Assembly: GCF_009914755.1 (NCBI RefSeq)
Contig: NC_060929.1
Direction: 5' to 3' (one strand)
DNA from: the human T2T-CHM13v2.0 reference genome, Homo sapiens
DNA: 64,000 nt
The position numbers and the translations under genes were made by a program. This document shows, piece after piece, positions 15,352 through 27,097 of this stretch; position 1 is the stretch's first letter, and every line of letters starts with the position of its first letter. The notes under the pieces were generated by a model. The model saw only the letters and a list, made by a program, of their open reading frames with translations, had not been told where the DNA came from and did no database searches.

Positions 15352-15900
15352 GATATAGTGAGAAGAACACACCATCATTTCTGTCATACTCCTGCCAAAG
15401 ATACATAACCTGAATCTGGTCCTAATGAAACATAAAACAAACACTGATTGAGAGGCATTCTGCAAAATAGCTAGCCTGTAATCTTCCATAGAGTCAAGGT
15501 CATAGAAGCTGAAGACAGACTGAGAAACTGTCTGGAGTGAAGCAGACTGGAGATATGACAGCTCTCTTTGGAACACCTGATTCTGAACTGGATTATTTTA
15601 CTAATAAAAGACATTATTGGGACAGTGGGCAAAGTTTGGAACCTGAGGATTAGATGTTAGTAATGTATCCATGTGAATTTTGTTATTTTGATGATTTTAT
15701 TGAGGTTATGTAGTAGAACATATTTGTTTTTAGGAAGTTATACTAAAGTGTTTAGGGATGATGGAGCATCAGGTCAGTAACTCTAAAATGATTACGGAAA
15801 AAAGTTATTTGTACTATACTTGCAGCATTTCTATAAGTTTCAGGTTCTTTAAAAATTTTTTAAGTTATGCCAAAAATATGTTATAAAATATGCCTTTGGA

Positions 15901-16320
<420 letters not shown>

Positions 16321-16679
16321 TTAAATTGCTTTCAGTTCTTTGCCATTATAAACATCCGGGTCTTTGTTATTACGAACAATACTAGTAAACATTTTTATAA
16401 ACATAGTTGTGCCTTGTTCAGTTTTTGCCTAAGAATTAATCCTCAGAAGTCAAATTGCTATGTGAATGGATATGTGCCCTTTCATCAGTTTAATCGTAAG
16501 TCATTCAAGGAAACTGCATAAAATCCCCTTACAAGAAAATGAAATTTACAGTTTGGTAGTCATTTTTATTTGTTTCTCTCCCCCAGAAAGTAATTTCTAT
16601 AAGAGTGGGAACGTTATCTGTCTTGATTATCACCGTCCCCAGCATTCAGAGTCTCAGGCATTCAATATATATTTGTTGC

Positions 16680-16910
16680 AACAACAATAATAGGGAATAT
16701 TTATTATGTGTCTAGCACTGTTCTAAGGGTATTAATTTAGTTTTTGCTGGCAACAGCCCTACGAGGTAGGTAATATGATTACATCCATTTTGCAGATGAA
16801 GAAACTGAAGCTAGAGAGGTTAGGTACTTGTCTAGTTTCACACAGCTAATAAATAGTGGACCCAGGAATCAGGCAGTTTTCCTTCAGTTTACAGGTATCC
16901 ACTATGCTGT
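16680..16910 (-). mobile_element. MIR
   Basis: ccattttgcagatgaagaaactgaagctagagaggtt core. Confidence 0.75.
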
Positions 16911-18176
16911 ACAGGGTCTCTTATAAATGAATACACGACTGAATGGTCAAATTGGTTAATATATTTATTTGGCTCTTTGACCAGTAACAAATGCCAGCTA
17001 TCTTTTTTTTTTTTAAAAAAAAATGAAAATTAGAGGGAATGGACTGCCTACTTTGTAAGAGCCAAATTAGTTTTATGGTCTTCTGGACTAGGCTGTACTT
17101 AACTACCTACTAATACTCCTCCTGGAATTAATATCCATACAGGTATAGGTTATAAATCATTCTTACCTGAAGATTTTATGGATATGTAAACAGAACATTT
17201 GCTTTGTATTACAAATAAAATAGTAAATCTGGGCCTGCAGCTTGAGTCTAGGAGGCAGAAATTTTATTACTTTATGAACATACTCTGTTCCCCACCTGGG
17301 CTCCTTTGCTCCTGCCATTTCCCTGTACCTGTAATGCTGATTGTCCACCTCCCACAGTGGAAACTCTAACTGTCCTCCAAGGCTTGCTCAGTAGCCACCC
17401 CTTCCACTGAATACTGCTTTTACTCTTCTTTTTTCTTGCCCTCCTTTTGAGGATTCTTTCCTTCTTCAAAATTCTGAGTCTCTTTTTATAGTACTCATAT
17501 AGAATACTACATTCTAAATATACCTTATGTTACTGTGTAGAGTTCTCATCTCCCTTAATAGACTATATTCTTTTTTAGTTTTATTCATTTTATAAAACTC
17601 CAGTATGTATTATAATCTTTTGTATAAAGTATTGAAACTAAGGGTTTTTTTTTTTTTGGATGAGTGAAGGAATTATCTCAATGAAATATCTGAAATATAT
17701 TTAAAATTTTTAAATCTTAAATAAGAATACTAATAAAATTTGATTATTATATGTTCTACATTATCCAGAATTATAAAAAAAATAAAATAGGTGGACATGT
17801 TTTTTTTTTGATCTGATGATTTGTATTTTGTCTTTAGCTTACAAGTCATCCAGAAACAAGAAGCATAATTAGCTTTCATTTTTATAAGACCTTTTGTTCT
17901 ATTCATGGCTACAAATACCAACTTTGCTTCTACCCACAACTTTAATTCCCTTTTCTTTAAGTGGGTGGTTTAGGGACATCAAAGGTAATAAAATCAAAGA
18001 GATAAGTGGAATATTTTTTTCAAAGGCTAGTACTTAAGGGTGTGTTCCTGTTAGAGAATTTTAATACTTAATTTGTTTTCAAGTGTTTGTGTAATACCAA
18101 ATCTCCTTGCCAACTGGAAGAGGGACTGTCCTTGAATCCTGTTCTGAATAAAATATTAAAATATAATCCCTTCTTC

Positions 18177-18177
18177 A

Positions 18178-18208
<31 letters not shown>

Positions 18209-18211
18209 TTT
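18177..18211. repeat. (AT)12 followed by a T run
   Basis: Read directly. Confidence 0.9.
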
Positions 18212-19629
18212 AAAGAACTTCAGGGAATGTGAAGTATTGTCATTTGATAGGATTATACTTTGTTGCTAGCAAAGGCAATAGCATAGCCTTCCTGCCAATT
18301 GTTTCTCTTCCTCCAGAAGGAGTTCTTTCCTTTACCCACAGGATAAGGATAAAGCTGAAGGTTTTTGTTTCTGAAAGCCCAAACAGCAAGCCAAAGAGAA
18401 AGTTCAAACAAATATTGTCAGTCTTTTAAAAATGTCATTGCTTATGTAAATTAGCTGACCCTTGACTGCTGGTGAGCCTCAAGCATCCTTGATTTGGTTG
18501 GATGTTAAGTCAGGTTTTATTTATATTTGGTATATGGTATCTAGAAAGCACTTATCATGAAGAATCTCACTTCATTTAAGGTTAGTGCTTTTTTATTTGT
18601 TTTGGTTCTAGGTTTTTGTTTTGTTTTGTTTTAGATTAGCTTCACTATCTTGTGATTTCCAGAGGCTGATGTATTACTGTGAAACATTCCGATATGATTT
18701 TTCCTTATTTTTTCTTTTTACTGTTACACATCTTCCCATCAAATTCATTTGAGATTCTTGGAACGATGTTTATAGTTACTGACTAAAATAAAACTTTAAT
18801 CTCTTTCTTTGGAAGTACAGTATTTTTATATTGTGAATTATACAGTTTTAATTTATGCCTTCAGACTAAAATTTGCAGGTTTGATAACATAGTTTTAAAT
18901 ATATTCAGTCAAAATATGAATATTTTCAAGTTTAACCTAGTTGAGTCCTCTTATAAAACGTTGAGCTGTAACATTAGTTCTTCATGGCCTCTCATTTGTA
19001 TTAATGTGACGTTCTTGATCATAACCTTTGAAGATAAAATTCATTTGGGGGGCAGCTAAGATTCTCCCTACTCTTTCTAATTATGTTGTAAAACTCCAAA
19101 CTTAGGAAAGGATATCTTTTGGAAGGCATGCCTTATGAGTACAAAATTATTATTTTGCTTATGAGATGCAGGATTTTTAAATGGGCATTTACATCTTGTG
19201 TATCATGTTAGCTGTAGAGTTTTTGTTTGTTTTAAAATAATTCTGAGAACTTGGGCAATTCTGTGATGATCCTTGGGAGCTCTTGGTAGGAGATATCATT
19301 CCTCTTGGATCTGTAGCTCTGTGATGCATGTATATAAGCATGCCTTTGTTCTCAAAAGTCTTTTTCTATCTGATTACTGTGGTATCCAGTGCTTTGTCTT
19401 TGCCTCTCTTCGTTTTTTGTTTTGTTTTTTTCCTTGCGCCTTAGCCGGTCATTTGTGTGATGTTTACATTCAGCAGAGAGGTATTTAGAGCATTTTTGGT
19501 GAGAGAAAGGAGTGATAGAGGAAGTAAAGAGAAATTCAGACTGGGGTGGCTGTGAGGGATAAAGGGGGGAAGAAGTAGGAAAAGAAAACAGGAGTGGGTC
19601 CAAGGGAGGAAGAGCAAGCAAAGACAGAA

Positions 19630-20240
19630 CACCGGCTCTACAGGGGCTGCGCCGTGGGGGTTCCTGAAATCTTGGGGGCTGGCTGTGGGGGAGGGAGCTC
19701 AACAGACCAGCATTTTCCCCAGGCTTGGGCGCAACCTTGTGAAACTACTAATGTATTAAAGAACCTCAGCTGGGATTTGCTGAGGACAAATGCTGTAACG
19801 TGTTAGTCATCCATTATCTGCTTCTATTTTTGCAGGTTCTGAATGATGACTGACGCGGGTTTGGGTGATACCCCTCACAGCCCCTGTCATTCCGGAGTCA
19901 TAAGGCACCCGCGCGTCTAGCCCCAGCGCCAGGGCACGCGAGCGGCGCTGGAGGGAGGAAAGCTTCCGCCTGCGGGCCGGACAAAAGTCCCGCCTGCCCA
20001 CGGCTTTTTGCCCGCCGCTCGTGACCGAGACGCCTCGCCGCGGCCAGCTCGCTGCTCTCGCTGGCGGATGGTGTGTGGCCGCCGCAGGACGCCCGCCGTG
20101 CCCGGGCCATGAAGTAGCGGCTGCTGGCGGCGCCGCTGCCCAACCGCCAGCCCCAGCCCCGCGCTGCGCTGCCCGGTCCTCTCCCGGCGGGGTCGTATCG
20201 GCGTGGACATGGCTGGCCGCGTCCCTAGCCTGCTAGTTCT
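19630..20240. promoter_or_regulatory. CpG island over the first coding exon; probable (alternative) promoter
   Basis: Only strongly GC- and CpG-rich stretch in the window (densest 19900-20225), with GC-box-like CCCGCC motifs. Confidence 0.8.
19836..20208 (+). other. PAM: PAM 5'UTR portion (373 nt) of the first coding exon
   Basis: Strong acceptor cttctatttttgcag|G at 19835/19836, no intervening donor needed before the ATG; implies an upstream non-coding exon not identified in this window. Confidence 0.85.
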
Positions 20241-20297
20241 CCTTGTTTTTCCAAGCAGCTGTTTGGCTTTCCGAAGCCCACTTTCTGTCTTTAAGAG
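20209..20297 (+). CDS. PAM: PAM first coding exon (coding part): signal peptide and propeptide, MAGRVPSLLVLLVFPSSCLAFRSPLSVFK(R)
   Basis: ATG at 20209 in gacATGG context; translation matches the recognised human PAM N-terminus; donor AG|GTGGGT at 20297/20298 (phase 2). Confidence 0.97.
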
Positions 20298-21285
20298 GTG
20301 GGTGTTCGTTGTTCGGGTGCTTTCTGTGCATGCTGTTGAGAAATGTAATCACTTTTATGAACCTGAGTGTTGGCAAAATAGACGGGGTTGATGTTCTTTG
20401 CTGGAATGACTTGGAATTTTACCACAGTAACTTCTTGTGAAGTCCCCCGTGCAGAAAAAGCCCACTGCATTGTAGCCAAGCAGTTCTGGCTTTCAAAACT
20501 CCAATTAGAAGTTGTGATTTCCAAAACTAATCACTCCCTCTGGGGGAGGTATTTCAGGAACTACAATATATTCGCTTAGTTTTGAATGCCTGCTTGTTTA
20601 TAACAGCTCGAAGAATAAAATATAAGGATACATCAGTGTCGAGGAGAAGCAGATCATAGACTGTAATAGCTCACAAGGAAACACTGAGCTGTATACAAAC
20701 GCCTCATAATTACTTTATTAAATATTTATGTACTTGTACATTTGTAATTCACATCGCAGTCTTTTATTTCTTCCTCCTAACAGCTCTGCCTCCTAGCAAG
20801 ATTATGGTTGGCTTTCTTGTTTCTAGCTAGTAATTCTGGACACTGAAAATAGTTACAGAAATTTTTACTGGGTCATGGTTAATATTTCTGCCATTAGAAA
20901 ATTGGCATGCCTGTGATAATTTGTAATGTATTAATACTATATCTTCATTAACTTGAAACAGATATATGTTTTGACATATTTTTATATGACATAATTTTTT
21001 ATAAATTTTCAATAAAAACAAGTTTTTATTGAATGGAGTTTTAAATGTAGCCTGGTTGATTGCATTGGTTATATTTTATTTACAAATTAGGTATATATTG
21101 TTATTGGACTATAAAATGAAAATCTGAGTATGTTTACGAACATTGTGTAGTCATCACATCTTTAGAGTTTTCATTGGGTTTAAATCAATCATCTTTAAGG
21201 TCATAGAATTCCTTTCTTTCCCCTTCTCATGTTGAGTTTAGATTCCATTATGTTCAAGAATATTGAAATTGCCCTCTTTTTTAAG

Positions 21286-21406
21286 GTTTAAAGAAACTAC
21301 CAGACCATTTTCCAATGAATGTCTTGGTACCACCAGACCCGTAGTTCCTATTGATTCATCAGATTTTGCATTGGATATTCGCATGCCTGGGGTTACACCT
21401 AAACAG
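21286..21406 (+). CDS. PAM: PAM second coding exon, 121 nt, (R)FKETTRPFSNECLGTTRPVVPIDSSDFALDIRMPGVTPKQ
   Basis: Acceptor ctcttttttaag|G, donor CAG|GTGAGA; phase fits the previous exon; peptide appears in ORF 21263..21490. Confidence 0.97.
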
Positions 21407-23049
21407 GTGAGAGGAATTTTGTCTTTCATTATTCACTTGTTCTGGATACAATCTATAATTAAAGTAAGGAAACTGCATTTACAGCTGTAGGAACTTCTTT
21501 AAACGTAGGCATTTGCTTTCAAGACTCCAGCTAAGGCTAGAATAATTGAATATTTTAAAGAGGGTTAAGTCTTTCAAGGTGAATCTTTCACTTAAATTTT
21601 GTTTTTAAAATTTTACTTATATTATCATTTGTGGTTTGAAATGGAATGTCGAAAATTTACATTTTGAGATTCTCTGTGGAGTAATAGCCTCTGTAATGCA
21701 GCATGCAAGTACGCATTAAAATATGAAAAATTATTCTAATAAAGGAAAATGATATTGAGCAGCTGCATTTAAGCTAGTTTGTTTAAATATCCTTTTATTG
21801 CAACCACAAGTCAAGAAATAAAAACGTGTTTACTGCTAAGAATTTGAAAAACAAAACATTCCACTCTTTTAAAAGTTAAGAAAACTGTTCATACAGGTGG
21901 CTGATTGTGAGTTTTCTTTAACCTGACTTGCTCGTTGTAAGAGATGTATTTTGAAATAATGGCAAAGCTCATATAAATGTGACTTATAGAGCATTTTGTG
22001 TAGAACTAGGTTGCTGCTAGGGCTTTCCCTCTTTTAGGTACACGCAAGAAGCTCAAACCCACTGCTGTCATGTGTGCAAGGTGTTTCATTAAGCATAAAA
22101 AGGCCAGAATTAATTATGCTTTGCAGCCAGGCAGTGCAGGGATTTATGTGTGTCATTAAAAGATAGTCCTCTCCTTTTGAAGGGCTGCAGAGACAGGGAA
22201 AGACCTGGATATTGTAGAGCTGCAGTGGCTGATGACTCATTGTTGCAGATAACATTCTATTTTTCTTTTCTTTTTTATTTTATTTTCAGTACTAGGAAAA
22301 TAAAGTATTCGTATTCTACTTATTAGGCAGAATTCCCTTTGCAATTGACATCCAGAAGCTTTAGAGAATACACATGGGCCTTTTTTTGGGACTAAGAATT
22401 GGCATTCATTTATTTGAAGACCTGTGTATGATTGTCTATAACTAACTACCACTGTAAAAATGACTTTCACTTCCTCCTCATCCCCAAATGACCATGCAGA
22501 TGACTTTCCATGCATTCAGTTGTTACTGTGCTAGCTTTTAATTTCATAAGCTTTTTATTTAGTATTTAACCGCAAAAAGTGTAATGAGATTGAGACTAGG
22601 AGAGAAGAACAACAGTTGCTCACTTATGAAGTGTGCCTCTTTTCTCACTTTTAAAACTGGGTTTCCCCCCTGTATTTGCTTGAACTGAATGTATTTTTTT
22701 TAAAATATCCACTAATTGGGTTTTCAAGCACTCTTTCCCCACAAGAATATCATTATTTTATCAAATAGTCTTTTGTTTGGTTCATTATTATTGTTATTCT
22801 TTCTTCTCATTATTTAAGAGTAATAACATTTAAATTACTTAACAATAATAATGGGCAACTGTGATGGGGTCAGTAATCTCAGAAAGAGATCTTAGAGGAA
22901 TTGATTATAAAAAGTCATGGAGGAGCTCCATTTTCATAAAGTAAAATGTGTTCATTTTTATAATCCTATAATTATCAAAATAACTCCATGGGGAAAGAAC
23001 ATACATTGTTTAAATAATTGCTTTTTATTTTGCACTATCTGTATTCACC

Positions 23050-23510
23050 TTGGCCTCATGCAGTGCATATTTGCTGGTTGCCTTTCCAGCAAATAGCTGG
23101 TTGCCTCCTTGCTCCTTCTCTGAGACTATGTGATTCCCAAGAGCTTCCTACCCAGACTCCAGAGATGGAACACATGGACCGTGATTGATAATTGACTGTA
23201 TCCCGCCTCCCTTTCCGCAATGATTGGTTCAAAAGAAAGTGTGTGATTTAGACCATTCAAATCTTAGGACTTTTGCTGAGAATGTATTTTTCTGTTGCAT
23301 GTGAGCAGTAGGCTTGTCTTGCTAGGGTCTGCTGAATTCATGAGGGAGCCATGCCTATAATAAAACTAACACCATAGAGGGCAATGCAGAGAGATTGAAA
23401 GAATGTAGTGCTTGGTGACGTCACTACTTATGCAGTGTTCAGTTATGTTAGCCTTTCTGGTTTGAATAAAGTTGAGTTGGGTTTTGTCTTACTTGCAACT
23501 GAAACTACTG
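23050..23510 (+). mobile_element. Old MLT1-type LTR
   Basis: tgattggttc...gagttgggttttgtcttacttgcaactgaaa terminus. Confidence 0.55.
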
Positions 23511-23799
23511 GGTAAATGATTCAGTTGCTCTGCCTGACAGCTCAGAACTGCTTGTTGAATATTTCTTCCATTTTTTTCCCATCACTCTCTGTTGACCATG
23601 TGCCATGAGTATGTAACTTGGTTCAGCTGACATACAGATCTTATACTTTGTAAACTTTTATGAGAAATGGTAGACTATCCATTGAATATGCCCAGGAAGA
23701 GGTGGATACAGAACCTTCAGAACCTCTTTCCTTCTGAATTTGGTGTTCTAGTGAGGAAGACCAAGAGCTCTGATGCCGTAAGTACTTTTGAAGAAAGTA

Positions 23800-24200
23800 T
23801 TATTTTCTTAAAATGAAGATAAAACCAAAGTTTTACACAAGTCCTTAAGAGGAAAGGAGGTGAAAAAAAGCAAGACAGAATAATGAAAACGTATTAGAGG
23901 GAAGAAACAAAAGGTAGAAGGGAAATAAGAAGAGTTGACCGAAAAACAAAATGAAAAAAAGGTCCAAGAAAATGGAATGATCAAGAACAAAAATAAAAGG
24001 AAAAAAATCAGGAATAACTAGACTATGAAGAAAGAACATCTAAAAATCATAAAAGAATAGAGGTTGAAGGAAAATGTAAAAACAAGGAAAGACATTGAGT
24101 TAAATGGCAGAGGATTTTTTTTTTTTTGATCGCAGACAATCAAGAAGAGCAACAAAATTTAAAGAAGGAACAGAGAAGAACTTGAGTTGGGAATTGAGAG
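23800..24200 (+). repeat. A/G-rich low-complexity tract
   Basis: Strong purine bias over about 400 nt with no clear period. Confidence 0.7.
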
Positions 24201-25094
24201 ACATCATGTTGATTAAAGAAATGTATTCATTCCACAAGATTTTTTTAAAATAAAGTACATCTTAAGTTTTGGCAATAATGAAAGCTATATCAATACATCT
24301 TATGTGTATCCTTTCTTTGGAAAACTTGAGATTGTTAGGTAGGCTTAGATAGAGAAACAAGCAGATGTAGAACAGAGGTGGAAAGAACCTTAGACATAAT
24401 ACAGATAGTGCAACTAACTAATTTTACAGATGGAATACAAGCCTAGATTAGTGTCTTATCAAGGATATCCAGTCATGTCAGGCCTCTGAGTTGCCATTCT
24501 GCCATACCACAGGACTTTAAAGTGGCAATTAAAAATTTCTCCCATTAAACTAGATCCAGTGAGTCTGGGAAAAGTGGTTTATTATCTGTTGCAATATCAA
24601 TTTTATAATCAAAGTAAGCTTATTCTGTCTCTTCTCTGACTTAAAAAATTTGAAAATAGTTTCCATCCTTTTTTAGAAATGGATAATCAGTGTTTAATCT
24701 CTGTTAATAGGTGTTTTTCCAGCCTTTGGGAAGATTAGAGAGAAGAGTAGGCAGGTTTTAAATAGCCTATCATAGAGATAAAGTCAGGATCTGGTGTTCC
24801 ATGGCACTGGCTTCAAATCCAGCAGAGCCATGAAGTGGTGATATCTTGAGACTCCTCTTTTAGCACTGTTTCTTTCTTATTTGATTCCCTTTCTCACCCA
24901 GGACCCACTGGACTTTTGCTGTCACCAACTCTCATATCAAAAAACAAAAGAATTTGATAAACTGCCAGTTCATGGTCATAGTATGGTGATATCAATTTGA
25001 CATGTTAACTATCCCTTTGGTGTTGGATTTCAAAATAAATAAAGGTATAATTACAATGGTTTTCCATAATGTTTATTGCCTAAATCTAACTCAA

Positions 25095-25330
25095 ATCCAG
25101 GGGTTAAACAGATGCATTGGGGCTGGGCTGACAGCATCTGGCCTCAGCTCTTGCAGTCTCAACTCAAATTTGTTTCTTAACTGGCTAGTCCTGTTCCTTC
25201 TTCTGTAGAAAGGATAATAATAGTTTATTATCCCACACTACCAAGGTTGTTCTGAAGACTGAGTGACATAATGTTCAGTTGCCTTGCACATGATAAGAAC
25301 TCAGAAAATGTATACTAATATTATTATTAC
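25095..25330 (+). mobile_element. MIR (degenerate)
   Basis: tctgtagaaaggataataatag...gttgttctgaagactgagtga...ccttgcacatgataag. Confidence 0.55.
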
Positions 25331-25699
25331 TTGTGTTCAGGGAAATGTGAATGCACCTTGACACTAGAAAGAAATTGCTAACCCTTAGGCTTTCAGCAAT
25401 GGCTTCATGGAGAAGCTAAGACATTGCAATAATTGTGAAGGAGATGAAAGTGAACCAAATGAAGAAAATAGAAAGTACAAACCTAGGCAAGAGAAACCTG
25501 GATAAAGTACTCAAAGAAGTAAATCTTTCAGTGTCCTTAAGTATTCATAAGTAGTTGTTTTCATTAAAAATGGACCTATCATAAGAGAATAAAAGGAACA
25601 CTGAGAATAGATATGCTTTTCTCAGAAATTCTTATACATCTTTATATTGCTTGGAGGAGAAGTTATTAAAAGAACTCTCATCGGTTTGAAACCTTTTAT

Positions 25700-25770
25700 T
25701 TTATATATATATAAAATATATATATTATATATAATACATTTATATATATTATATATATATATGTATATTT
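25700..25770. repeat. Imperfect (TA)n tract
   Basis: Read directly. Confidence 0.85.
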
Positions 25771-26917
25771 GAAATAAGCCTTGATTTTTTTTCAGTGTCT
25801 ACTTTCCTAAGGACTTTATACATTGACCTTATTTAAAAAACACTTTTATCTAATGTAAGTACTTTCAAATCCTAGGTTTATGTAGCATTCTATTTATTTG
25901 CTATTTGCTCAACTTAGGTCCTCTGTGTTCTTAGCTTAAGAACTTACAAGTGCAAACAAATTTGCAAAAACTAAATGATTTTACCAAATTAAATATCTTC
26001 CTTGAGCCTAATTTCTTAAAGCCTTATATTAATTGAATTTCTTTCAATGAAGATGTTTTAGGCTGTCATTAGTGTAATCATTTTCCTCCCTTATTTTGGC
26101 AGTGATGATTTGAGAACTGTGAAGAAATACATCTTACCCTTTCTGAACCTCTTGCAAATTCTTGTCTCATTCAGCATTTGTCTTTTAAAGGACTCTTCAG
26201 ATCATGCATTGAAATCAGAAAGCAGCCTATCCCTGTGTATCTAAGCACATATATCTATTGCCAGGAATCAGAACAATTCTGAGTTTAAGAATCACAGCAG
26301 ATACCCCAGAGCAACAGGTTGAAAAACCTGAAATTAGAATCTTAAGTTATTACTTATTTTAAAATATTGATGAAAGAATGTTGTCGTTGAAATGAAACCA
26401 GAATGAACAAAATACTCCTACAAAATGTTCTCAAAATCTTCCCACTGTGTTTCACTTTGCTGTTTTCTCAAATTAACAGTCATTAGAAAACGTTAAGTAA
26501 CGTACTTTAACTTCTTCATTTTCTAACATGAGGAAGAGATTCCCTTGCCTCCACAATACATGTATAATCTGTAAAAAGAACCCAGCTTTCATGGGCTTTT
26601 CTTTCTGCACTCCTGTAAGGAATCAGTTTTAAAATATCAAACCATAATCATAACATCATTTATAAGTGGCAGTTGCTCAGAATATCTGTTTTATCAGAGG
26701 TAATATACAAGTTAAATGCAGAATTGTTTTTATTAAATTCAGAATGCCAATTAAATTAGACTTTGTATGTATGTTACTTAGTTGTTCAGAAGCTTGGCTT
26801 TTGTCTAGTTTTCAGGCTACAATAACGTTAGGTCTATATATTTTTTAATTCCATCATTGTGTAAAAAAGATGTACGTATCCTCAGTCAGTGCTAAAAACT
26901 CAGAGTAAAATTAGCAA

Positions 26918-27097
26918 CGGGGCCTACTTGAGGGTGGAGGGTGGACGGAGGGAAAGGATTTAAAAACTACCTACAGCCTACTATGCTTTTACCTGGGTGA
27001 GGGAATAATCTGTACACCAAACCCCCATGACATACAATTTACCTGTATAGCAAACCTACATATGTACTCCTGAACCTAAAATAAAAGTTACAAAAAA
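26918..27097 (+). mobile_element. Short L1PB/old L1PA 3' end with 11-bp TSD
   Basis: ggggcctacttgagggtggagggtgg...ctgaacctaaaataaaagtt; TSD AAAATTAGCAA at 26907-26917 and 27098-27108. Confidence 0.9.

Larger units (their letters stand above)
14140..15860 (+). mobile_element. L1MC/L1MD-like 3' region interrupted by AluJ and an MLT1 LTR
   Basis: gcatcagagcccagacaaggtgaggagggcatcc repeat motif; ttaatcaaatggtcaaagttaatatt; gtactatacttgcagcatttctataagttt terminus. Confidence 0.6.

Noticed and set aside
19807-20236. Overlapping Arg/Ala/Gly-rich ORFs on both strands
   Set aside because: Expected from stop-codon scarcity in a CpG island.
20203-20391. 62-aa ORF as a standalone protein
   Set aside because: PAM coding exon reading into the intron past the donor at 20298.
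22021-22045. Recursive splice site ctcttttag|GTACAC
   Set aside because: Reconstituted donor is poor and it lies only about 630 nt into the intron.
23800-24200. Purine-rich tract as a Lys/Glu-rich coding exon
   Set aside because: No + strand ORF of 60 aa or more in the track and no convincing splice sites; low complexity.
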